Counted from the first letter of the stretch, positions 9,617-19,151 are shown. The stretch is 64,000 bases of DNA from Acidimicrobiia bacterium (GCA_965216945.1 CBDCGU010000003.1:3526653-3590652), one strand, 5' to 3'. Made by a program: numbers and translations. The notes: a model not told the origin generated them from the sequence alone.

Positions 9617-10063
9617 TCAGATCTCGGTCGGCACCGCCACGATGGGCTTATGCGCCCCGAGTAGAACTTCTTGCGCGACACTGCCCAGGAGCAGTTTGCC
9701 TACTCGAGATCGATTCCGCACGCCGATCACTGCGTAGTCGTAGTTCCCCCTCTCGAACTCCTCGAGGATCTCCACTTCCGGTTGGCCTTCCACCACCTTG
9801 ACGTCCACATGCACATCCTGATCCTCAGCGGCGCCCATCGCCTGTTCGCTGAGGTTCTGCGCGACGTGGCTTACGACCACGTCGACGAATGCTTGATCCT
9901 CGGGGAGCTCGGCGACGGCCTCGGCCATGGCCTCCTCTGTCACGACGTGTATCGATACGACGGTTGCTCCGATGGTTCTCGCCATCCGTACTGCCTCGGC
10001 GGCTACCCGCCCGGAAGCCTCGGTCAGGTCGCTCGCAAGCAGAATTCGGTTGCGGGACTTCAT
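9617..10063 (-). CDS. universal stress protein (UspA family)
   Basis: MKSRNRILLASDLTEASGRV...AVIGVRNRSRVGKLLLGSVAQEVL...PIVAV: classic Usp motifs. Confidence 0.7.
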   Translation of the reverse strand: MKSRNRILLASDLTEASGRVAAEAVRMARTIGATVVSIHVVTEEAMAEAVAELPEDQAFVDVVVSHVAQNLSEQAMGAAEDQDVHVDVKVVEGQPEVEILEEFERGNYDYAVIGVRNRSRVGKLLLGSVAQEVLLGAHKPIVAVPTEI

Positions 10064-10247
10064 CAATACCTGCCCTTCACGGTCTGTCAGCGAAGATACT
10101 GGTGTCGTCACCTGGGTTTGTGGTTTTGACGGGGCCGTCTGAACCTCACCGGGTTTCGCAGAGGTCACTGCCTCCACCGAACTCGGGGAGGTTCATGGTT
10201 CATCCGACGAGTTGCGGTTCGTAGAGCGCCTGCGACGAACCACACCG

Positions 10248-10905
10248 CTAGGGCTGCAGGGTCTCACCCAGTTCCCGACCAAGCGGCCGCCGAAGTGCCA
10301 CTCTGATCTCGAGACGATCTAGTTGTTGTGCGATGTACCGGCCGGTGCCGGGTAGTGGGTTCGCCGTGAGCCATTCGGCGATGTCAGCGGCGACACCTGG
10401 CTCCGAGCGGTGGTACACCAGGTCGAGCATATGCCACTCGTCGCCAGGGTCTATGGCGGCGACTACTTCGTCCCATCGTCCCTTGATGCGTTTCCATGTG
10501 CCTGCACCGGTATCGCGATGGCTCAACAACAGCGCAAGCGTGCTGGCGGAGTCTTGGCGGCGTACGGATCCATCGAGCACCATCTCGAGGGTCCGAGCTG
10601 CGGGCTTGTGTCTCGGGTATTGCGGTGAGCGCCCGCCGTCTCACCAGTTCGACGTCGGTCATACGTGGGTCTGGGCTTTGCGTCCCTAGCGCGGTCCGGA
10701 TGGGGTTACGCGTTGCGGTAACCGACGAGGCTAAACCTCTGAATGGCCCGAGGTACATCGCATATCGGAGTTCCTGAGGATTCAGCGGGACACCACCTGA
10801 GTTGAGTCGGTCGAATACCGTGTGGACGAAGTCATTCGAGCTCCATCCGCGGATCACCATCGCGGCGTAGGGGCGACTTGTCGATGATCGCCTGATCATC
10901 GACAA
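10248..10905 (-). pseudogene. degraded ORF fragments; upstream piece resembles the C-terminal part of a DUF262/ParB-like nuclease domain (FDRLNSGGVPLNPQELRYAMY), frame-broken
   Basis: Two overlapping minus ORFs in different frames; neither alternative frame restores a continuous protein. Confidence 0.25.
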
Positions 10906-10908
10906 GTC
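10875..10908. terminator. perfect 15-bp-arm inverted repeat with 4-nt loop (GACTTGTCGATGATC gcct GATCATCGACAAGTC), 3' of the S8 peptidase gene
   Basis: Read directly; no U-tract, so it may be an intrinsic-like terminator, an RNA processing element or a repeat element. Confidence 0.4.
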
Positions 10909-10988
10909 TTGGTACCGAACGTTGGCGATGCCGGATGTGACGGAGCCCCGCCGGTGCGGGGCTCCGTGCAGTCACGACGTCGGTGTGC

Positions 10989-12374
10989 TCAGCCCTGTGC
11001 GGCTGCCAGCGCATCGACCATTCCGTGCCCGAAGAACGACGTCTTGCCCTTCCCGCCGTAGCAGGTCTCACGCTCGTCGCCGGGGCCCAGAGGCTCCCAG
11101 TCCGGTGGGCAGGTCAGCTCCTGGGCAGTCGACTGGAGTGCCGCCTCGACGGCGCCGGGGGCCCACTTCGGATGCTTCTCGATGATCAGTGCGGCAACTC
11201 CGGCCGCATGCGGTGACGACATCGACGTGCCGTTCAGGTAGACGTATCCATCTCCGGCGTCGACCGTCGTGATGCCGGGGAAGATCGCGTTGAGTGGATC
11301 GAAGCCGGCGAACAACCCACCGTCGACCGGAACCGCACCGAGGACCGCATCCTGCACCGTCCCGGTGGCCCGGAAGTAGTCGCCTCCGGGCGCAGTCACG
11401 TCGACGACGGACATCCCGACCGACGAGTAGTCCGCGATCCACAGGTCGTAGCCTTCGATGCCGATGGGTCCCGTGGCCGATACTGTGACGACACCCGTCA
11501 GCTCGGCGGGCGCCACCCGGCATTCGTTGCCCACGTCACGCTCTTCGGCCGTGCCGGGAGGCCAGTCCGGGCTGATGCCGTCGGTCCCCGGGTGCTGAAG
11601 ATCGGAGGCCTGGTTCCCGGCCGAGGCGACGATCACGACGCCCTGCTGGCGCGCATAGGTGGCGGCGTCCTCGATCTCCTTGAGCATCGCCTTCTGCTCG
11701 GCGTCGGACTTGCAGTAGTAGAGGTACGGATCGGCGAACAGGCTCAGGTTGACCACGTCGAGCTCGGCATCCCCGGCGTAGCGCAGCGCCGCAGCCACCG
11801 AGTCGAGGAAGCAGTACCCCGCAACCGTGCAGGCCTTGAGCGCAACGATGGTCGCATCCGGAGCAATGCCGGCGATGCCGATGCCGTTGATCGGCGCCGC
11901 GATCGTCGATGCGACGTGCGTGCCGTGACCGTACAGGTCCTCCACTGCGGCATTGTTCGTGCAGTCGCCGTTGGCGATCTCGCTTGGATCCGCCGTGGGC
12001 GTGTCGTCGAAGATGAACGAGCACGACAAGTCCAGATCGAGGTTCGGTGCGATGTCGGGATGGTCCGTGTCGATCCCTCCGTCGATCACTCCCACCGTCA
12101 CGCCGGCACCCGTGGCATGCGAGTAGCTCTCGGTTCCTGCGTTGATCAGAGCCATGTCCCACTGACACGGTCCCAAGGGCTCTGCGTTTGGTGTGCCGAA
12201 TGTCGTGCCGTACAACGCCTCGCATATGTCGACGAGGTCGTCCGGTGGCGTCTCTGCCGAGCCCGGCGCCACGGCCGTGGCCGACACGAGACCGACGACT
12301 GCGGCCAGCAAGGCCAGCCTGCGGAATGTCTTCACTCCGTCCCTCCATCTCTGGTCTGGGCCGGAGACTATCAA
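10989..12374 (-). CDS. secreted S8 family (subtilisin-like) serine peptidase
   Basis: Signal-peptide-like N-terminus; Asp (VIDGGID), His (HGTHVAS), Ser (GTSMSSPH) catalytic triad motifs. Confidence 0.85.
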   Translation of the reverse strand: MIVSGPDQRWRDGVKTFRRLALLAAVVGLVSATAVAPGSAETPPDDLVDICEALYGTTFGTPNAEPLGPCQWDMALINAGTESYSHATGAGVTVGVIDGGIDTDHPDIAPNLDLDLSCSFIFDDTPTADPSEIANGDCTNNAAVEDLYGHGTHVASTIAAPINGIGIAGIAPDATIVALKACTVAGYCFLDSVAAALRYAGDAELDVVNLSLFADPYLYYCKSDAEQKAMLKEIEDAATYARQQGVVIVASAGNQASDLQHPGTDGISPDWPPGTAEERDVGNECRVAPAELTGVVTVSATGPIGIEGYDLWIADYSSVGMSVVDVTAPGGDYFRATGTVQDAVLGAVPVDGGLFAGFDPLNAIFPGITTVDAGDGYVYLNGTSMSSPHAAGVAALIIEKHPKWAPGAVEAALQSTAQELTCPPDWEPLGPGDERETCYGGKGKTSFFGHGMVDALAAAQG

Positions 12375-12432
12375 ATAGGCGACATTCTTCGCTCGGCCGT
12401 GTGGCGCAGCAGCCGACCTGGGGGCGTCCCGT

Positions 12433-13800
12433 TCAGTCGGCTCCGGCGTTGATGACCACCTGGAGCTCGTCGATCGTGGCCGCTCGGCTCACCACACCAC
12501 AGGTGCTCGTTGCGGGGCACGACACACCCACCACAAGCCCGAACTGCACCTCGGGACCCGATACGAGATCGATTGCGGCGTCGCCGATCGGCGAGAAGTC
12601 GGCGGCGACCAGCGTCACCTCACCCGACACCGGCTGCCCGGCTGCGATGGTGAATGGCGCCGCGACGTATACCTGGCCGGAGATGAACAATGCGGGCCGG
12701 ACGGCAACGTTTCCTCGATCGCCTTCCCGTCCTGTGGCGGCGACGACGAAGGCGAGGGTGTTGATCGGCCCCTCGGTGCACGGATCGTGGACGTGACCCT
12801 CCATCACGAGGCCGACCAGATGTGCGCCCACCCCTTCTGCGTCGATCGTCGTGGTCCGTCCCGTGAAGACGTGCGACGACTCGGGATACGTGGCGAGGAC
12901 GATCTCGTCGAGCAATGGTCCACCACCAAGGGTGAACGCCCGCTCGGCAGGCGGCACCGCCGTACACGACGGCGCTTGCGTGACCTCTGCCTCCGCCTCG
13001 GGAGGGGCGGCGAACGCCACGGTGACGCTGACGCTGTCGTCCACGGGGGTCAGAGAGCCCTTGGTGGCGTGGGCGGAGACGGCGACGGTGGCGAGGCCCA
13101 GTGCGGGGCCGGTGCGGGTCACGGTGAACCGGCAGCCGCCTACGTCGACGTCGAACCATTCGCATCGGTCGGGATCGATCGTGACCGCGTCGCCGCTGCT
13201 GGCGGAGATGACCAGAGCCGACTCGCGAGCCTCACCTCCCGACATCCCCGCCGTGGCGTCGACGATCACCGTCTCCCCATCCACGCTTGTCACCACCGGC
13301 TCCTCGATCTCGACCCGGAAGTTGGTTTGGACATGCTGTTGCGCCGACGCCGCTGCGGCCGTGAGTGCCGCCACCACGATCGCGACCATCCTCACCGTCC
13401 GTCGCCGGTGAACAGGTCTCTCCCGTGGTCGCCCGATCGGAATCACCCCCAAGCCGACGCCGGCGGCACCGAACATGGCGTCGACCGGATCGAACGTTCC
13501 CCACCCCGCAAGCGGGCCATATACCTGCGACATCTCGATCGCCGTCACGGCGATCGTGGCGATCGTGGCGATCCAGAGGCGTCGAGCCCCGGGTGCGGCC
13601 CACGACGCACCGAGGACGAGCGCGGCCGCATACAGCCCGCTGGGAAGTGAACCGGTGAACCAGTGCGGGGCTGCGCCGATCGACGAGACGCCGACGAGCG
13701 GCACCGGGTCGCGGAAGACGAGATAGAAGGCACCGCCGAAACCCAGGAGGGCGAGTGCGGCTGCGCCCCGACGGACGTGCTCAGGTCGTGTCCCCGCCAC
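12433..13800 (-). CDS. membrane protein: N-terminal VanZ-like domain fused to an extra TM/signal-like segment and a roughly 320-aa extracytoplasmic domain of unknown function
   Basis: GTFDPVDAMFGAAGVGLG resembles the VanZ C-terminal motif; internal RRRTVRMVAIVVAALTAAAASA; 58 nt upstream of the S8 gene on the same strand. Confidence 0.55.
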   Translation of the reverse strand: MAGTRPEHVRRGAAALALLGFGGAFYLVFRDPVPLVGVSSIGAAPHWFTGSLPSGLYAAALVLGASWAAPGARRLWIATIATIAVTAIEMSQVYGPLAGWGTFDPVDAMFGAAGVGLGVIPIGRPRERPVHRRRTVRMVAIVVAALTAAAASAQQHVQTNFRVEIEEPVVTSVDGETVIVDATAGMSGGEARESALVISASSGDAVTIDPDRCEWFDVDVGGCRFTVTRTGPALGLATVAVSAHATKGSLTPVDDSVSVTVAFAAPPEAEAEVTQAPSCTAVPPAERAFTLGGGPLLDEIVLATYPESSHVFTGRTTTIDAEGVGAHLVGLVMEGHVHDPCTEGPINTLAFVVAATGREGDRGNVAVRPALFISGQVYVAAPFTIAAGQPVSGEVTLVAADFSPIGDAAIDLVSGPEVQFGLVVGVSCPATSTCGVVSRAATIDELQVVINAGAD

Positions 13801-13995
13801 AAACGAAGCGTAGCCACGCCGTCCGCCGAATCACCGGGGACCTCTACGAGAATCCGCCGACCCCCGAGCGCTCGCGACGTCCTCGGGCCACGTCTCCGCG
13901 CTCAGGGCCGGTGGCCACCTCTACCGATCGCCCCCGCTCGACCGCCTTCCTCCCAGTCTCGCGGCGAGGAGGGCGGCGCTGCGGAGCCCGGGCGT

Positions 13996-15288
13996 CTACC
14001 GGTTGACCCCCTCGTGGAGGCGGGCGACGGCTTCGAGCTCGGCGGCAACGTCGAACCTGGTGCGCTCTTCGGCAATCGCCGCCGCCATGCGCCGAGCCGC
14101 TTCGGCGTACGTACGGTCGGCGAGGAGGCGGTCCACCGCCCGGCCGATCTTCGCCGGTGAGGCAGTGGGGGAGAGCCGCACCCCTGCTCCGTGGTGGACG
14201 ACCCGGGCTGCGATGTCGTTCTGGTCCCGTCCCATGGGGATGCACAGCAACGGGACACCGGCGGCGAGCGCTTTCAGCGTCGTGCCGTGCCCGCAGTGAG
14301 TGATCACCAGCGCGGCCCGTTCGAGGATGGGTGTGTGGGGTGCCGAGGCGATCACATGAACGTTGCGGCGTGCCGGCACCTCGGCCGGATCGAGCATCTG
14401 GCCCAGCGTGACCACCGCCTGCACGGGTCTCTGCGCCAAGGCCGCAACCACCCGGCGCAGCAGGGGGCCCTGGTTCTGGTAGGTGGAACTGAACGCCACC
14501 AAGACGACCGGATCCTCGTTGTCCTCGGGCCACGGCGGCGCCCACGATTCAGCCCACGACGGGTCGTCGAGGATGGGCCCGAAGTAGTGGGCCTTCGCCG
14601 GGACGGTTGGTGATGCAAAGTCGAAGGTGGGGCTGGTGAAGACGAGGATGCGGTCGGTGACGAGGACCTGGTCCCAGAACGCAGCGAGCGGCGCGAGGCC
14701 GTGGACGGCTCGCGCCGCGTTCAGCGTGGGGAGGGCCCGATCGAAGATCCGGTTGGCCAAGGCCAGCATGGCGGTGTTCCGGGTGCGGCCGAGCGCGGTC
14801 TTGGGTGGTGCGAAGCCCGGTCCGATGGCGGGCGCCCCCTTGGTGGGCAGCATCCAGATGCTGGGCATCATCGGGGCGGTCGGGAGCCGGGCTGCCTCGG
14901 CGGCGATGATGGCGCCGAAGATCATGAAGTCGGGCACCACCACGTCGGGTCGCACCGTTTCGATCGCCTCGGCGGCGTCGGCGGCGAACAGTGTCGCGGG
15001 CCCGGCTACGAATAGGTCGCGGACCCGGCGCAGCATGGCGAGCGGACTGCGGAGCTCCCAGTCCTTGATGATGTCCTGGTCCGGGTCGAGCGCTGTGCGA
15101 TGCGGGGCCCGCTGCCACGCCGAGAACGTGCAGCCGGCGGCGAGGGCATCGTCTTCGACCGTCGGGTCGGCCAGGACATGGACCCGGTGCCCGCGATCGA
15201 GAAGCCGCCGAGCCACGCCGAGCTGGGGCGGAATCGTGCCGCCGCCCTCCCACATGGGGAACAGGAACTGAAGTTTGTGGGCCGTCAT
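13996..15288 (-). CDS. GT1 family glycosyltransferase (MGT/UDP-glycosyltransferase-like)
   Basis: C-terminal HCGHGTTLKALAAGVPLLCIPMGRDQ UDPGT-like nucleotide-sugar binding motif. Confidence 0.8.
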   Translation of the reverse strand: MTAHKLQFLFPMWEGGGTIPPQLGVARRLLDRGHRVHVLADPTVEDDALAAGCTFSAWQRAPHRTALDPDQDIIKDWELRSPLAMLRRVRDLFVAGPATLFAADAAEAIETVRPDVVVPDFMIFGAIIAAEAARLPTAPMMPSIWMLPTKGAPAIGPGFAPPKTALGRTRNTAMLALANRIFDRALPTLNAARAVHGLAPLAAFWDQVLVTDRILVFTSPTFDFASPTVPAKAHYFGPILDDPSWAESWAPPWPEDNEDPVVLVAFSSTYQNQGPLLRRVVAALAQRPVQAVVTLGQMLDPAEVPARRNVHVIASAPHTPILERAALVITHCGHGTTLKALAAGVPLLCIPMGRDQNDIAARVVHHGAGVRLSPTASPAKIGRAVDRLLADRTYAEAARRMAAAIAEERTRFDVAAELEAVARLHEGVNR

Positions 15289-15872
15289 CGATCGCTCCCC
15301 TCATCGCTGGTAGTGGTGCAGATGACCCCGTCGACGAGGCGGCGGATGATCCGCTCCGTGACGGTGGCGGTGAGATCGAAGTCGCGGCGCAGCAGCTTCC
15401 ACTGCATGACATCGGTGGCGGCGTACAGGGCCATGATCAGTCCTTCCCTATCCGGGGAGCCGGGGGCGGGCAGCCAGGGAGCGAAGACGTGCTCGATCCA
15501 CCCGCGGTGTGCGGAGCGGCCCCGCTTGAGCAAGTGATCCATGGCGTCGACACGGCCCTCGAGCTCCAGGGTGCGGACGTTGGCGTCGCCCATCCGCTCG
15601 TACTGATCGACCAGCCTGGATATGGCTCCGTCCACGTCGCCCGGTTCGACCAGCGTCTCGGCTTCGCCTTCGGGCCCCTTCCACTCGGCGGCCGCCATCA
15701 GCAGCTCGTCCTTGGTGCCGAACTGCCGGTACACCGTCTGCCGCGACACGCCGGCCCGTTCGGCGACATCCGCCAGCGTCACCTCGTCGTAGTGGCGGGT
15801 GAGCCAGAGCTCCGTCATGGCCTCAAGGATCCGCTCTCGGGTCTGGTCGACGGCGTCCCGGCGGGCCCGCAT
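15285..15872 (-). CDS. TetR/AcrR family transcriptional regulator
   Basis: HTH (TLADVAERAGVSRQTVYRQFGTKDEL); stop overlaps the GT start (ATGA). Confidence 0.8.
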   Translation of the reverse strand: MRARRDAVDQTRERILEAMTELWLTRHYDEVTLADVAERAGVSRQTVYRQFGTKDELLMAAAEWKGPEGEAETLVEPGDVDGAISRLVDQYERMGDANVRTLELEGRVDAMDHLLKRGRSAHRGWIEHVFAPWLPAPGSPDREGLIMALYAATDVMQWKLLRRDFDLTATVTERIIRRLVDGVICTTTSDEGSDR

Positions 15873-15952
15873 CTCGTAGCGTCTCGTCGATTCGGTGTGT
15901 GCGGAAGAAGACGTTGCGTTCCTTTTCATATGACAAAGAGTTGCACGAATAT

Positions 15953-15964
15953 ATTGACGTGTCA
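15953..15964. promoter_or_regulatory. inverted repeat TTGAC-GT-GTCAA within an unusually AT-rich divergent intergenic region (about 15900-15990) between the TetR and Memo-like genes
   Basis: Read directly; candidate TetR operator/promoter. Confidence 0.3.
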
Positions 15965-16004
15965 AGCCGTATCACGAAAAAGTGCGAGGCGGTAGCGTTG
16001 GGAC

Positions 16005-16793
16005 GTGAGCGCAATCCGACCCCCGGCGGTTGCGGGGAGCTTCTATCCCGCCGATGCGGGCCGCCTGGCCGGGGAGGTGCGGGCGTTGCTCGACGCCGCC
16101 ACCCCGCCGGTCGTGGAGCTCGGCGTGCGGATGGTGATCGTGCCGCACGCCGGCTACGTGTACTCGGGGCCGGTGGCCGCCACCGCCTACGCGTTTCTCG
16201 AAGGGCGTGTGGGTGGGGATGTCCTGCTGCTCGGCCCTGCACACTTCGCCCGCTTCACCGGTCTGGCGATCTCGGATGCGGTTGCGTTCCGTACGCCGCT
16301 CGGCGACGTCGCAGTCAGCGATGGCTTACGCCAACGGTCGGGCGACGTGGCGTCGGTCCGCCCCCAACCCCACCTCCGCGAGCACAGTCTGGAGGTGCAA
16401 CTGCCGTTCCTCCAGATCATTGCGCCCGAGAGCGCCTGCCTGCCCGTGCTCACCGGAGACGACGATCCCGAGACGGCGTCACAGATCATCGAGAGGGCCG
16501 TGGCGGATCCGGCGCTGACCGTCGTGGTGAGCACCGATCTCTCCCACTACCTGGACCACGACACCGCAACACGTCTGGACAAGGAGACGGCGCAGGCGAT
16601 CGTGGCGCTGGACGAGGCCGGAGTGCCGTCGGGCAGCGCCTGCGGGCGAACCGCGGTGCGGGGGGCGATGCGGGCGGCGGCCCGGCTCGGATGGCGGTGT
16701 GCGCTGCTGGATCGGCGCACCTCGGGCGAGACCGCCGGCGACCCTGCCCGGGTCGTCGGCTACGGAGCGTTTGCGCTCGGAGCCGGGGGCTGA
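16005..16793 (+). CDS. AmmeMemoRadiSam system protein B (MEMO1-like)
   Basis: VAGSFYP, IVPHAGYVYSG, HSLEVQLPFL and DLSHY motifs of the Memo family; GTG start. Confidence 0.8.
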   Translation: MSAIRPPAVAGSFYPADAGRLAGEVRALLDAATPPVVELGVRMVIVPHAGYVYSGPVAATAYAFLEGRVGGDVLLLGPAHFARFTGLAISDAVAFRTPLGDVAVSDGLRQRSGDVASVRPQPHLREHSLEVQLPFLQIIAPESACLPVLTGDDDPETASQIIERAVADPALTVVVSTDLSHYLDHDTATRLDKETAQAIVALDEAGVPSGSACGRTAVRGAMRAAARLGWRCALLDRRTSGETAGDPARVVGYGAFALGAGG

Positions 16794-17881
16794 CCACGCA
16801 GCCGGCTGCGCCTGATCCGCACAGGTCGGCGTCGTGATCCCCATCCACCCGGGCTTGCCTCGAAGACCCCGGCGCAGCGTTCTCCGCATGCGACGCAGTC
16901 ACCGTCTTCGTCCAACCCCCAACCCCCGAGCTCGTAGCCGCGGCGGGCGATCAGCACGTGGCCGCATGCATGGCAGCACGTCGCTTGCGCCGCGGGGTCG
17001 AACACATTGCCGACATAGGCGTGGCGGACGCCGTTGTCGCGAGCGATCTGCCGGGCCCGGAGCAACGTCGCCGCCGGCGTTGGTGGCGGGTCGCGCAACT
17101 TGAAGTCGGGATGGAAGGCCGTGAAGTGGTGGGGCACCGATGGTCCGAGATGCTCCACCACCCAGCGGGTCATCGTATCGAGCTCGGTGTTCGAGTCGTT
17201 GCGATCCGGAATGAGGAGCGTCGTGATCTCCAACCAGACCTCGGTCTCGTGCCGCACGTACTCGAGCGTGTCGAGTACGGGTGCCAGGGACCCGGCGCAG
17301 ACCCGGTGGTAGAACTCGTCGCTGAAGGCCTTGAGGTCGATGTTGACGGCGTCCATCACCGAGTAGAACTCGGCCCGAGGGGCGGGGTGGACATACCCGC
17401 TGGTCACCGCCACGGTGCGCACGCCCTCCTCGCGGCAGGCTGCAGCGACGTCGATGGCGTACTCGTGGAACACGATGGGGTCGTTGTAGGTGAAGGCGAC
17501 ACTGCGACAGCCGAGCTCCGCCGCGGTTCGAGCGATCTCCTGAGGAGATGCCGAATCGGCGAGCACGTCGTGGTCCCGCGCCTTGGAGATGTCCCAGTTC
17601 TGGCAGAAGCGACACGCCAGGTTGCACCCGGCAGTGCCAAAGGACAGCACCGACGTCCCCGGCAGGAAGTGGTTGAGCGGCTTCTTCTCGATGGGGTCGA
17701 TGCAGAATCCGCTGGAGCGGCCATATGTGGTGAGCACGATCTCACCATCCTGGCTGGCCCGGACGTAACACAGCCCGCGCTGGCCCTCGCGCAGCTTGCA
17801 CTCACGGGGACACAGGTCGCACTGCACCCGACCGTCGCCGAGGCCATGCCAGTACTTGGTTGCGGCCAAACCGGCGGTCAT
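16760..17881 (-). CDS. AmmeMemoRadiSam system radical SAM enzyme
   Basis: CNLACRFCQNW (CxxxCxxC) radical SAM cluster motif plus C-terminal CxxC pairs; 3' end overlaps the convergent Memo gene by about 34 nt. Confidence 0.8.
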   Translation of the reverse strand: MTAGLAATKYWHGLGDGRVQCDLCPRECKLREGQRGLCYVRASQDGEIVLTTYGRSSGFCIDPIEKKPLNHFLPGTSVLSFGTAGCNLACRFCQNWDISKARDHDVLADSASPQEIARTAAELGCRSVAFTYNDPIVFHEYAIDVAAACREEGVRTVAVTSGYVHPAPRAEFYSVMDAVNIDLKAFSDEFYHRVCAGSLAPVLDTLEYVRHETEVWLEITTLLIPDRNDSNTELDTMTRWVVEHLGPSVPHHFTAFHPDFKLRDPPPTPAATLLRARQIARDNGVRHAYVGNVFDPAAQATCCHACGHVLIARRGYELGGWGLDEDGDCVACGERCAGVFEASPGGWGSRRRPVRIRRSRLRGQPPAPSANAP

Positions 17882-17981
17882 GCGGTAACTGTACGTGAGC
17901 CGCTTGATCGCCGGAGGACAGCTCGGCGCCGCCCTTCAGGCTGCGCGGAGAGCGCAGACCGTCGGTCGGCGAGGGTGATCG

Positions 17982-18974
17982 TCATCCGTGTGAGGGGGTC
18001 CTGTCGGTGATGATCTCGAACGCCGCCCGATTCTCTGTCGCGAGTTCCCTGGGAGCTTGTCCCTTGCGCTCGATGCGGACACGACACGACGCAAGCTTGC
18101 TGTTGTGACACGTCTTGACGCCCCCGGGCGGGTTCCGGTAGCTCAGGACCGCAAAGGTGGCGGCTTGTCCCTCGAATCGTGCCGAGATGCCGATGTCGCG
18201 GTCACGGGTTGCAGCCGACCACTCGTAGAAGCCGAATGAACCCTTCGCTCGAACACCCTGGTGTAGTGAGTTCAATGCATATTCGTGACCTCGATAACGG
18301 AGAACCGCCAGAGTCAGACGCGGGGTCCAGACCGGCCCCAGCTTGAGCTGTGCGGTGGCGCACTCGAGGAAAGCGTCGGGCTCGCCGTCGAAACCGGCGA
18401 CCTGGCCCCACGCATAACGATCGGTGTGGCGCACGCCCCAGTTGTGGTTCTGACTGCCGATCCAGCCTTCGACGTCGTGCCGATCGTCGTCGATCGACAG
18501 CGCGCCGTCGAAGACGGCATTGGGCATCGCCACCAGAGCCTTGGCCTTGGGGAACCCTCCGTCGTACATCGTTTCGGGTAGCAGAAGCAACGGCGGCTCG
18601 TCACCGGCCCATCTGAGCGACCAACGCAGTTCTCGTCCGGCGGACCGGGCGCCTCCATCCACCTCGCCATCCCGCAACCACGAAGAACCGATCCGAAGGT
18701 CCAGCCCGGACCTCGAAAACGAGCACTCGCGCAACGGGTGGGCCTGGTAGACGGAGACCGATTCCGCTGCTTCGCCGTCGAACCATATTCCCCACAGTTC
18801 TCCTTGCGCCTGCCCGGGATCGCCCTTGGGCGCAAAGATCGTGTACCGGATCCAAAAGGCCAGCGGACGCTGGGGATGATTGGCACGGAGGAACCAACTC
18901 TCGTAGTGGCCACCTGTGGCGCCTTCTGGCATACGGAGTGCGTTCCATCGCTCCCGATCGACTCCCTTGCTCAT
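17982..18974 (-). CDS. hypothetical protein (330 aa), Trp/aromatic-rich, possible lipocalin-like/CrtC-like fold
   Basis: Long ORF with coding-like composition; no motif I can name confidently. Confidence 0.45.
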   Translation of the reverse strand: MSKGVDRERWNALRMPEGATGGHYESWFLRANHPQRPLAFWIRYTIFAPKGDPGQAQGELWGIWFDGEAAESVSVYQAHPLRECSFSRSGLDLRIGSSWLRDGEVDGGARSAGRELRWSLRWAGDEPPLLLLPETMYDGGFPKAKALVAMPNAVFDGALSIDDDRHDVEGWIGSQNHNWGVRHTDRYAWGQVAGFDGEPDAFLECATAQLKLGPVWTPRLTLAVLRYRGHEYALNSLHQGVRAKGSFGFYEWSAATRDRDIGISARFEGQAATFAVLSYRNPPGGVKTCHNSKLASCRVRIERKGQAPRELATENRAAFEIITDRTPSHG

Positions 18975-19151
18975 CCAATCAGGGTACGCAGAGCGGCCAC
19001 GCCATGGCCACGACCGACGTCCGTTGCGATCCGGCGGCAGCGGGACCGTCCGTATGCGTGTCGACTCGCCCCTCAGGTCGCAATGCGCGACACGTCGCCG
19101 GTCGATCGCATAGGGTGTCGATCAACCGGTGACGAGCGAGAGGAGACCGGC

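Noticed and set aside
11536-12452. 270- and 286-aa ORFs on both strands inside the S8 peptidase region
   Set aside because: Alternative-frame artefacts of a high-GC gene; the S8 frame has the Asp/His/Ser triad motifs.
15899-16837. 312-aa plus-strand ORF overlapping the Memo-like gene in another frame
   Set aside because: Pro/Arg/Gly-rich low-complexity translation; the Memo frame carries clear family motifs.
16958-18010. 350-aa plus-strand ORF
   Set aside because: Antisense to the radical SAM gene, which has an unambiguous CxxxCxxC motif.
17982-18974. Possibility that this 330-aa protein is the missing AMMECR1 partner
   Set aside because: Wrong size, and no GCIG-type AMMECR1 motif; left as hypothetical.
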